DNA of 64,000 nt, taken from the NCBI RefSeq assembly GCF_009914755.1, contig NC_060947.1. One strand, written 5' to 3'. Every line of letters begins with the position of its first letter. The first letter of the stretch is position 1. Shown in pieces: positions 29,412-41,885 of the stretch. The notes beneath the pieces were generated by a model. That model ran no database searches. It worked only from the letters and a program-made list of their open reading frames with translations, and had not been told where the DNA came from. The stretch is from the human T2T-CHM13v2.0 reference genome, Homo sapiens. The position numbers and the translations under genes are program-made.

Positions 29412-31342
29412 TCAAGACACAAAAAAATGGAAAGATAGTCCATGCTCATAGATTGACAGGATTAATATCGTTAAATTGACAATACTCCCCAAAGCAATTT
29501 GCAGATTCAATGCAATCCCTATCAAAGTACCAATGACATACTTCACAGAAATAGGAAAATACTTATAATATTCATATGAAACCATAAAAGACCTCAAATA
29601 GCCAAAGCAATCCTGAACAAAAAGCAGAAAGCTGGAGGCATCACACTACCTGACTTCAATATTTACTACAAAGCTATAGTAAACCAAGCAGCATGGTACT
29701 GGCATAAAAACAGAAACAGAGACAAATGGAACAGAATACAGAACCCAGATATAAAGCCACATGCTTAAAACCAACTCAACTTCAACAAAGACACGAAGAA
29801 CATATGATGCTGAAAAGACAGATATTTCAATAAACAGTGGTAGGAAAGCTGTATAAGTATATGCAGAAGAATGAAATTAGATTTCTATCTCTCACCACAC
29901 ATAAAAAGCAAATAAAAAATGGATTAAAGACTTGACTCTGGTTGGGCATGGTGACTCAAGCCTGTAATCCCAGCATTTTGGGAGGCTGAGGCGGATGGAC
30001 CACTTGAGGTCAGGGGTTTGAGACCAGCCTGGTCAACATGGTAAAGCCCCGTCTCTACTAAAAATACAACAATTAGCCAAGCATGGTGGTGCATACCTGT
30101 AATCCCAGCTACTCAGGAGGCTGAAGCATGAGAATTGCTTGAACCCAGGAGGTAGGGGTTACAGTGAACCGAGGTTGTGCCATTGCACTCCAGCCTGGGC
30201 CTGGGCGACAGAATGAGACTCTGCCTCAACAAAAAACAAAAACAAAAAAAAAAAGACTCAAAACTATGACTTGAAACAGAAACGACCAGAAGAAAACATT
30301 GGGGAAATGCTCCAGGACATCAGTCTGGGCAAGGATTTCTTGAGTAAGACTTCAAAAGCACAAGAACCAAAGCAAAAGTAAACCACTGGGATTACATCAA
30401 GTTAAAAAGCTTCTGCATAGCAAAGGAAATTATCAACCAAGTGAAGAGACAACCCACAGAATGGCAGAAAATATTTGCAAACTATACATCTGATAAGTGA
30501 TTCATAACCAGAATACATAAGGAGCTCGAAAAACTTAATAACAAACAATCTGACTTAAAAATGGACAAATAATCTGAATAGGCGTTTCTCAAAAGAAGAC
30601 ACAAAAATGGCCATCGGGCATATGAAAATATACTCATCACGAATCATCAAAGAAATACAAATCAAAACCACAATGCCATATCATCTCACCCCAGTTAAAA
30701 TGGCTTTGATCAAAAGGACAGGCATGAAAGGTTGCTAGCAAGGAGGTGGAGAAAGGGGAACCCACTTTGTACACTGTTGGTGGGAATAGATATTACTGTA
30801 GCCACTATGGAGAAGAGTATGGAGTTCCTCAGAATCCTAAAAATAGAACTACTATATGATCTGAGTATTCCACTGCTGGAATACTTGCTCACGTGTATTG
30901 CAGCACAAGTCACAATAGCCAAAATATGGATTTAGCCTAAGTGCCCATCAATAGACAAATGGATAAGGAAAATGTGGTATATGTACACAATGGAATATTA
31001 TCCAGCCATAAGAAGAATGACATACTGTCATTTGCAGCAATATGGATGGAACTGGAGGCCATTATGTTAAATAAAATAAGCCAGGCACAGAAAAACAAAT
31101 ATTGCATGTTTTCACTCATACATGGGAGCTAAAAAAGTGATTCTAATGAAAACAGCAACTATAGTGATGGTTACCAGAGGCCAGAAGGGGAAGGGGGGGT
31201 GAAGGGGAAGGGGGGGGGGGTGAAGGGGAAATAAAAGAGTATAAATGTATTTATTACCACTGAACTGCACACTTACAAGTGGTAAAGAGGGTACATTATA
31301 TATGTATATTTTACTTCAATAAAAATAAATATTAAAAATAAA
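29412..31342 (+). mobile_element. L1 (L1MA/L1PB-age) ORF2 3' part and 3'UTR, interrupted by an Alu
   Basis: Clear ORF2-derived sequence (aaatggaaagatagtccatgctcatag; gcatggtactggcataaaaacag; tggatggaactggaggccattatg) with stops and frameshifts; A-rich end. Confidence 0.9.
29940..30253 (+). mobile_element. Alu nested in L1
   Basis: Dimeric Alu with A tail and aaagact flanks. Confidence 0.93.
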
Positions 31343-32529
31343 ATCACTTTCTTCTCACCACTTACTGCTGAATTATTGCTGGAATAATGAGTTAGTACTA
31401 CAGGTAAGTCATGTACCTAAGTAAGTAGTAAAATAGAGACAACAAGAATAGTTCAGTGGAATGTAGAACATAGGGAATCTAGTCTGGTCAGATAAAATTT
31501 TGTTGGTGTTGAGTTAATATATAAGTTTTACTTAACTGGGCTTTCCCATGAAACTCGTTACATAGAAAGAGCCTACAGTCATTACAATACCAAATGAACC
31601 TGATTCTGAAAATCATGTTCTTTGCAACTCTCAATTATCGGTTTTAATTGAGATAAGAACTTACAAGGGTAGGTGCTGAATATTACCCAGGAAAAAAAGT
31701 TACAAAGAATAACTGGAGATAACTTGAATCATCTATGTGATGCCAAGAAAAAGGAAAATCCTTCCTTATCATTCCACTATTTTTTGTTGAAATAATAAAT
31801 TACCACAGACATCTGGTGGTAAACATGTAATTAGCAACCTAAAGATAGCTAGAATTCGCCAGACCAAGTAATTGATCCCAGGAAGCTGAAGATAACTGGC
31901 CTATGCCAGGGAGTTCAATAACCATTTTCCTCAATGCAAAATTCCAACCTCATGTTAGAAATATTACCTCATACAATAGATATCTACTTTATCCAAGTGA
32001 GTAATTAACTAGAGATAGCTACATGAAGCCAGTACTTGTAATAAATAAATTCTTCACAGTACTACTTCTTATGTCTCTGTGACATAAAACTAAACATTTA
32101 GTGGTACCTAGGCAAACAGCTGAATAAACAACTAGCAATTACTAGGAAAACTGGTTGAATATAGAAAGTTTAGTAACCATTCTAGTCAATTCTGTGTTCT
32201 TACATTTTTACGATTGTTTACTACGTACTGTGGATATGGTAACTAGAGTTACCTGGGTAAGAGTTAAATACAGAATCCTCCATAAAACTAAAATAACTGA
32301 TTGAAGACAAGAAGCATAACATTGCATTCTTCTCAACATTTCTCATTTCTTGTTGGAATAATGAGTCAGTTCTGTCAGTGGGTAGTAGTACCTAGATTAT
32401 TACAAAGCAAGAAATAAGAAGAGATGGCTAGAATAGATATTTGATACCAGAATGGTGAAAAAAAAACATTCTTTTCAAATAGAAACTCTAATTTCCTGTG
32501 TGATTAATGAGTTACACTTAGTTAGTACT

Positions 32530-33085
32530 GGAGATATCTGTGTAAGATGTGGATTTCATTGTGGGAGTGGGGTACCTACTCAACAGATGAACTGCTGGGT
32601 CACATGGTAGATCTATTTTGATTTTCCAAGGAACCATTACACTGTTTTTCATAACGGCTGTACCAATTACACGTCTGTCAACAGCGTTTAAAGGTCCCGT
32701 TTTCTGCACACCGTAAAAGGGTTTCACTTTCTCCACACCTTTGCCATCATTATCTTTTATCTCTTGACTTTTTTATAATAGCCATCCTAACAGGTGTGAG
32801 GTGATAGTTCATTGTGGTTTTCATTTGCATTCTCTGATTATTAACGATGTTGAGCACATTTTCATATACCTGTTGGCCAGTTGTGTGTTTTCTTTCTAGA
32901 AATGCCTATTCAAGTCCTTTGCCTATTTGTTAACCAGACTATTTATTTATTTGCTATTGAGCTGTGTGAGTTCTTTATATATTTTGGATATTAACTCATT
33001 ATTAGATATATGGTTCGCAAATAGTTTCTCCCAAACCGTAGCCTTTTCATTTTGTTGATTGTTGGCTGTGCAGAAGCTTTTAGTT
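32530..33085 (-). mobile_element. L1 ORF2 3' remnant
   Basis: ataatagccatcctaacaggtgtgaggtgata...tttcatatacctgttggcc...gctgtgcagaagctttttagttt. Confidence 0.85.
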
Positions 33086-33086
33086 T

Positions 33087-33329
33087 CCAGCCTGCTCCCT
33101 TGCCCTATATATTTCAGCTTCCTAGACCCCCACATTGTGTGAAGGTGTGAGCCAATTACTTAGAGTAAACCGTATCATATATATAATATTATTGATAAAT
33201 AAATACTATAGTATAGTAAACAGATGTTTATGATATATAATATTACAGACACTCTCTCTCTGTCTCACACACACACACAAATATCCTGTTGGTTTAGTTT
33301 CTCCTTCTCTGAGGAACCCAGCCTGATAC
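33087..33329 (+). mobile_element. MLT2-like (ERVL) LTR 3' fragment
   Basis: ccagcctgc...gtgagccaattactta...atcctgttggtt...gaggaacccagcctgatac. Confidence 0.6.
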
Positions 33330-33679
33330 GGATACCCAGCTGAGCGAGTGTGTTTGCTGATCTTGACCTCTGGAAGCCAGTGCTTTAAACCATGAGAATG
33401 AAAAATTGTGAGGCACTATGTGGATGCTGGGAGAAGTATGTGAGATGGAAAAGTTGTTTCATGGCATCCAAGAAGTGAATGATCCTCAAGGTGTAGCAGA
33501 GGAATTTGTAGGAGAGAGGGATGATTGACATCTTCGTGTAGCCCTCCATCCATCCCAGTTAGCATGGAGGGATTTTAGGTAGGTCATACAGAAACCGGGT
33601 AATGATGGCAGGTGTGGAGGAACAGAATGTACCACTGAATGGGAGGTCCGGGGGAAACATGTGGCGGAAATATCCTCCC

Positions 33680-34851
<1,172 letters not shown>

Positions 34852-34952
34852 ACGGCCAAGTACTCCCCTATCTCCGAGAGCAGCGACTAAGTTCAGGCCC
34901 AGCCGCCAGACCTCAGAGATCTCACCAGCGGGGTGCTTGCCATTCTGATGAT

Positions 34953-34958
34953 AATAAA
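34953..34958 (+). terminator. VCX polyadenylation signal
   Basis: AATAAA about 100 nt after the stop codon, followed by GU-rich sequence (ctctgtgttctct). Confidence 0.85.
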
Positions 34959-35002
34959 ATGAATGTGTTGCAAATTGATCTGAGTGACTCTGTGTTCTCT
35001 GA

Positions 35003-36500
35003 TGGTGGGGAGGGAGGGAGGGAGGGGGGAAGAGGTGGTGTGTGGGGAGGGAGGGAGGAAGAGGAGGTGTGTGGGGAGGGAGGGAGGAAGAGGAGGTGTG
35101 TGGGGAGGGAGGGAGGGAGGGAGGAAGAGGTGGTGTGTGGGGAGGGAGGGAGGGAGGGGGGAAGAGGTGGTGTGTGGGGAGGGAGGGAGGAAGAGGTGGT
35201 GTGTGGGGAGGGAGGGAGGGAGGGGGGAAGAGGTGGTGTGTGGGGAGGGAGGGAGGAAGAGGAGGTGTGTGGGGAGGGAGGGAGGAAGAGGTGGTGTGTG
35301 GGGAGGGAGGGAGGGAGGAAGAGGAGGTGTGTGGGGAGGGAGGGAGGGAGGAAGAGGTGTGTGGGGAGGGAGGGAGGGAGGAAGAGGAGGTGTGTGGGGA
35401 GGGAGGGAGGAAGAGGTGGTGTGTGGGGAGGGAGGGAGGGAGGAAGCGGTGGTGTGTGGGGAGGGAGGGAGGAAGAGGTGGTGTGTGGGGAGGGAGGGGG
35501 GAAGAGGTGGTGTGTGGGGAGGGAGGGAGGAAGAGGTGGTGTGTGGGGAGGGAGGGAGGGAGGAAGAGGTGGTGTGTGGGGAGGGAGGGAGGGAGGAAGA
35601 GGAGGTGTGTGGGGAGGGAGGGAGGGAGGAAGAGGTGTGTGGGGAGGGAGGGAGGGAGGAAGAGGTGTGTGGGGAGGGAGGGAGGAAGAGGTGGTGTGTG
35701 GGGAGGGAGGGAGGGAGGAAGCGGTGGTGTGTGGGGAGGGAGGGAGGGAGGGAGAGGTGGTGTGTGGGGAGGGAGGGAGGGAGGAAGAGGTGGTGTGTGG
35801 GGAGGGAGGGAGGAAGAGGTGGTGTGTGGGGAGGGAGGGGGGAAGAGGTGGTGTGTGGGGAGGGAGGGAGGAAGAGGTGGTGTGTGGGGAGGGAGGGAGG
35901 GAGGAAGAGGTGGTGTGTGGGGAGGGAGGGAGGGAGGAAGAGGAGGTGTGTGGGGAGGGAGGGAGGGAGGAAGAGGTGTGTGGGGAGGGAGGGAGGGAGG
36001 AAGAGGTGTGTGGGGAGGGAGGGAGGAAGAGGTGGTGTGTGGGGAGGGAGGGAGGGAGGAAGCGGTGGTGTGTGGGGAGGGAGGGAGGGAGGGAGAGGTG
36101 GTGTGTGGGGAGGGAGGGAGGGAGGAAGAGGTGGTGTGTGGGGAGGGAGGGAGGGAGGAAGAGGTGGTGTGTGGGGAGGGAGGGAGGAAGAGGAGGTGTG
36201 TGGGGAGGGAGGGAGGGAGGAAGAGGTGGTGTGTGGGGAGGGAGGGAGGAAGAGGTGGTGTGTGGGGAGGGAGGGAGGAAGAGGTGTGTGGGGAGGGAGG
36301 GAGGAAGAGGTGGTGTGTGGGGAGGGAGGGAGGAAGAGGTGGTGTGTGGGGAGGGAGGGAGGAAGAGGAGGTGTGTGGGGAGGGAGGGAGGGAGGGGGGA
36401 AGAGGAGGTGTGTGGGGAGGGAGGGAGGAAGAGGTGGTGTGTGGGGAGGGAGAAAGGAAAGAAGGAAGGAATAGGTGGTGTGTGGGGAGGGAGGGAAGTG
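35003..36500. repeat. G-rich asymmetric VNTR (RU2 of CRI-S232)
   Basis: About 26-37-bp units GAAGAGG(T/A)GGTGTGTGG(GGAG)n; only three C residues seen on the + strand (35447, 35722, 36063). Confidence 0.95.
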
Positions 36501-37676
36501 GGGTCCCGTGGGGTTGAGGTCACAGGGACAGGTCACAGTTAGCCAGACAGGAGGATAAGGATTGCGTCATGGCTGAACACTGGAGACAAATTTCCCCTTC
36601 ACAGGATGACTCCGCTTCCTGTAAGGTTTGTTTCTTCATGCAATCTTGCTAGCACATACACCAAGTACCAAGCACTGGATTCTACCTACTTAGGTTTCAT
36701 TGTTAAAATACGTTTGCGGTTATAGAAACCGATGGAAGAATCGTTTCCATCTCTTTCCTTTCAGCGTCCCCTCCCTACACTCTAATATAATTAAGAAGAA
36801 AAATTCAAAGTAGAGCAAAATCTGTCTACTTGAAAAGAGTCTTTTTATTTTTGCGACTGAGGAGACAAAAAGTATATTTCATATTTCCATTCATTAGAAA
36901 TACACAGGTCTTTTCTGAATATAGTAGAATTTACTATATAGAAATATACATAAATATATGTAAATAAAATGTAATATACAACTGTATTTGCTGTATACAA
37001 ACACGTTAGAAATACACAGGTCTTTTCTATATATACTAGAACCTACCATATATATTTATATATTAACATGTATTTTTATATTTTTATATATATAGATTGT
37101 ATATAGAAATATTTATATATAAATACCTATAGAAAACATTTATATGTATATATTATAATCATTTATTTTAGAAGGTAAGGGTTTATGCTTGTTGAAGCAT
37201 GGTTCACAGGCAAAAAGAGAAAGGAAATTATCACTTTCAGAAGAATAAAGTACAAAATTATCACGATTCAATACCCAGCTGTCAATAATTGCAATGAGAG
37301 TATAATATAGTAGAACTTTTTATTTATAGAAAAGACCTGTGTATTTCTAATGTGTATATATGTAATCTACATTTATATATAATTATATAAATGCACAGGT
37401 CTTTTCTATATATGGTAGAATTTACTACTGTATTCCTAATGTGTGTGTATATTTATATATATATATAAAATCTGTATTTATAAATATTTATATAAATGCA
37501 CAGGTTTTTATATAAACACACAGGTCTTTATACAGAAAAGATCGGTGTGTTTCTAATGTGTATATGTATATATAATTCATATTTGTCTATGTATTATATA
37601 CATATAATCTATATATTTGTATATTTATGTATTTATTTATCTATTTTATGTATTCATATAGATAGGTTTCATATAA

Positions 37677-38078
37677 AGATTTTATATATATAAATATTTA
37701 TATTCTATATAGATTTTATATATATAAATATATTCTATATAGATTTTATATATATAAATATTTATATTCTATATAGATTTTATATATATAAATATTTATA
37801 TTCTATATAGATGTTATATATATAAATATTTATATTCTATATAGATTTTATATATATAAATATTTATATTCTATATAGATTTTATATATATAAATATTTA
37901 TATTCTATATAGATGTTATATATATAAATATTTATATTCTATATAGATGTTATATATAAATATTTATATTCTATATAGATTTTATATATATAAATATTTA
38001 TATTCTATATAGATTTTATATATATAAATATTTATATTCTATATAGATTTTATATATATAAATATTTATATTCTATAT
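37677..38078. repeat. AT-rich 34-bp minisatellite, about 12 copies
   Basis: Unit agat(t/g)ttatatatataaatatttatattctatat, e.g. starts at 37741 and 37775. Confidence 0.92.
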
Positions 38079-40555
38079 AAATATTTAGACATCTGTAAAA
38101 TATATAAGCATTTTTATATTTCTATATAATACATAAATATATAATGTATAAATATAAATATATATTATATATAAAATATCCTATATGTGATCATTTATTT
38201 TAGAAGGTAAGCTGTTAGTATTGTTGAAGCATGCTTCTCAGGAAAAAGGAGAAAGGAAATTATTTTAAGAAGAATAAAGTACAAAATTATCACGATTTAA
38301 TTTCCAGTTGTTAGTAATTACATGGACAGAATAACTCATGTCCTTTAATCCTACAAAGAATAGCACGTTAAACTTTTATGTGATTCTGAAAATATGAATT
38401 TCCATATAATAAGTGTTTGTGATGTAAAGCACTAATTTTATAGGCAGTTTTCACTTGTTACATAGATTGTTCTTATAGCTTTAAAGACGTTAAAATTAAT
38501 GGTGGCTTTGAAGAGATGGTAGCATCATTTGAGAAACAATAAATGGGTTCTGTTTCATCCTTTCCTTGGTGCAGTCAGGGCTTCACTTCATTAGCTTAGG
38601 AAGGGATTTCAGAGCTTTGCATGTTGATCTTGTAGCTGCCTCCTATGGAATCCTACGAAACCTAGGACGCTATACCACAGAAACAGGGCGTTGCCCCATG
38701 TCCTGAGCACCATCATTTTGTGGTATATTTCTTTTGTATTTCTTGTATGGAAATACCATATAAGGATGAGCATGCTTGGTATAACTCAAAGCCTGTTTAT
38801 TTGCAAGGCTGTATTGACCCTGAACAATAAATACATGTGTGTTATGGATGGGAAACAAGTCCGAATGAAAAGCTGCTGTCTTTTAGGAAAGCCTATTGGC
38901 TGTGGTTGTATATATCTTTCCAAAGGGAAATTGGTGAACTTCCTGCTATAGTTTTTTCCATAATGACAGCATAAAACTAAAATAAACTGAATCTTGTCAG
39001 TGGTCACTTTTGGGTTTGATGAATATTACGGAGCAACGTTGCAGTGTATTTTAAAATTATACTCAAGAATTCATTTTGTGCACCTTATTTTAATGCCGTA
39101 TTTCCATTCAAGCTCTGCAACCCAAAACAGTCTGTGTTGATTCTTTTGGCATTGAAAAAATTATCCATGGGTTTATTTCATCATTTCATGGCAGTAGGAG
39201 CTTCAACTGCTATTTGTTGGGAACCCATCCTGACTAGCTATTTCACTGGGGCTTCATGTTTTATTGTGATGATTGGCAGACTTGTGTTTCAGGAATTTTT
39301 GGCTTTGGAAAGTTACTATGATTTTGAAATTATAGATGCAAAAATGTCACTGAATTTATTTTCACAAACTGTTTTAATTCATTATAGACAATAAGTGGTT
39401 TAATCAGAAATCAATAATTTAAATAATCTTTTAATTTGTTGGAGCATTCACAAATACTACATCTTCTTTTAAGTCTTTCATTATTCTACATGTTATATAC
39501 ATAGTTAAATTAGTTAATAAGAGTGTTACATATTTTCCCTCCTTCTCCAACTATCCACAAGCTGAGGCTTAAAATAAACAGTGGAATGAGTAAAGACCCG
39601 AAGTAATATAGCAGCAAAGCTGTAGTTGAATTTTATAATAAAATAATAGATATCAAAGTTTCCTGACGTTTTTAGGCAAATCTTCCTGTGTCCCTAAAGG
39701 GAGGATCCCCTTGACAACAGTCATGAACAACAGGTGATCTTGAGATTCCCAGCTGTCAAAGACAGTTAGTGGGAAAATTTGAAAGCACCTTGTACGTATT
39801 TTTAAATCTTAGTTGCATTTCTAGTTGTTTTTAGTTTCCTGTGGACTATATTTATCCTGCAATCACTGGTTTTATTGGTTGTCCTTCATATTCTTGTATT
39901 TCTCTACATGCTTGTGAATTTGTATTTTCAGCTTCACTTAAAGAAGGAAATATACTTTCACACATTTAGTCTTCCAGTCTTTAGTTTCCTTAACTCCCTT
40001 TGCCACGTTCCAGAGTCCTCAGTCCAAAGGGACATCAGGTATCAAGGCTCAGTATTCCCTGCCCATGATGAGAGTAGGATGGCTGATCCTCTTCTCACTA
40101 AGCCAGGGAGGCAGATATTTTAGTTCCTGGTTATGTGTCTCAACCCTAAGCCTACACGCTTAAAATAAGCTAAACACCAAGCAGCATAAGAAACCTGCCT
40201 CTCTCAGCTTGCTTTCCTCTGGATTTATTTGGGTAAATCTAATTCCAATTCTCCCACCTAGGTAAGGAAGATGAAGTCTTAGTTATTTCAGAAGAAAACT
40301 CTTGGTGAATGTTGAGACCTGTTATCAGACCCCTGGCTTTGTCCTATCTGTATCTAAATTTTCTCCATAGCATTTACCTGCATTGATACCTGTTTAAAAT
40401 GGAAGGGGTTCAACATGTTGGGCTATCTTGATTGGAAATCATTATTTTTTTGTGGAGGGGGGAGGGCAGGGGGTATTTTTTTTTGTACTCCAATAAAAAG
40501 TCTCATCATAAAGGAATTGTCACATAGAAACTCTTGCCCTTAGAAATTGTTTCCT

Positions 40556-41410
40556 TTGGGTGTCTACCCATTAATGGGATTTCTGGGTCAAATGGGAGTT
40601 CTAGTTTTCGTTCTTAGTTCTAGTTTTGCTCTTTGATGTGGCTCTAAATGGATAATTGGAATGAGAGAGAACTCCTCTAGGAAGGAAAATAAAATAGAGG
40701 TATTGGTAGACACAGAGGTTCTTTTCGTTCCATTTACAAAATTGGTGGGCGGCAAGGAGCAGTGCTGCTAGAGGTCTTGCTCTGCCCAGATGCATAAATT
40801 CTTCTCCTACTAATAAGCACTGCTTGATGTCAACTTCACTGCATCCTATTACTCATTGTAGGCATGTAGCATGACAATTACCCCCTACCCCTCTTCCTAC
40901 TTCTGGTCCCAAACATTATGACTCAGAATCAACCCAGGTGTCCATCAGTGGTGGATTGGATTTTTTTCAAATGTGGTGCATATACACCATGAGGTACTGT
41001 GCAGCAACAAAAAAAGAAAGAAATCCATATACACCATAGAATACTGTGCAGCCATAAAAAAAAAAAGAAATCCTGTCCTTTGCAGCAACATGGATGCAGC
41101 TGGCCATTGTCCTAAAGAAATTAGCACAGAACAGAAAATCAAATATCACATTTTCTCATTTACAAGTGGGAGCTAAACCCTGGATCCACATGGACATAAA
41201 GATGGTAACAATAGACCCTGAGGACTTCAAAACAGGGGAGAGAAGGAGTGGGCTATGGGCTGAAAAACCTTCCTTTCGGGTACTGTATTGACTATCTGGG
41301 TGATGGGATCAGTACAAGCCCAGACTTCAGCAATAGGCAAAATATCCTTATAACAAATCTGTACATGTGCTCCCTGAATCTAAAATAAAATAGAAATGTA
41401 AAAAAATAAA
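40556..41410 (+). mobile_element. 5'-inverted, truncated L1 (L1PB/old L1PA type) with an internal non-L1 insert
   Basis: Antisense L1 piece ~40550-40620; sense 3' end 40927-41410 with A tail; candidate TSD aaa(t/c)tgtttcct. Confidence 0.75.
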
Positions 41411-41846
41411 CTGTTTCCTATTTAGAACTCTTAATAACATCTCGGGTTGGTGTCTCTTCCCGATAGAAAAAGGTGTAGTGTTTTTATTCTTTTTCCATTC
41501 CTGGGCACTATCAAGTCACCATGCCTTGAGGATGGACACAAAGGCTTCCTCTAGAGCAGCAGGAATTACAAATTGAATTTTATAATCCTGCTACATTTAC
41601 AGTAAAAGGCATGGATGAACCAGCTGTAAAGATCTATGATGCTGGTGATGAACTATCTTTTCTCTGTGGTTGCTGGACCTAAGATCACAGGGGTGCTTAT
41701 CTGGGTCTTTAGCAAGAGCAGATTCTAGTTGCCCGCCCAACTTTTGGCCTCAGATGAAAAGCATTCTTTGGTCTGGTCTTTCCTAGCCATGGGCATAGAC
41801 TGAACAGCATCTCTCAGGAAGCACAATTGATCTTCAGATGAAAATA

Positions 41847-41885
<39 letters not shown>

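Noticed and set aside
34893-36542. Five 490-550-aa ORFs on both strands
   Set aside because: Artefacts of the stop-free RU2 VNTR, lying almost entirely beyond the poly(A) signal; low-complexity translations.
38670-39394. Hydrophobic ORFs considered as a possible membrane-protein pseudogene
   Set aside because: No convincing similarity to a family I can recognise; T-rich DNA yields such translations. A BLASTX search would settle it.
41515-41728. GT...AG segment missing from the inverted duplicate, suggesting a spliced retrocopy
   Set aside because: The junction fits a simple indel better (one CpG-type mismatch vs three for splicing), and the A/T run is at the wrong end for a retroposed mRNA.
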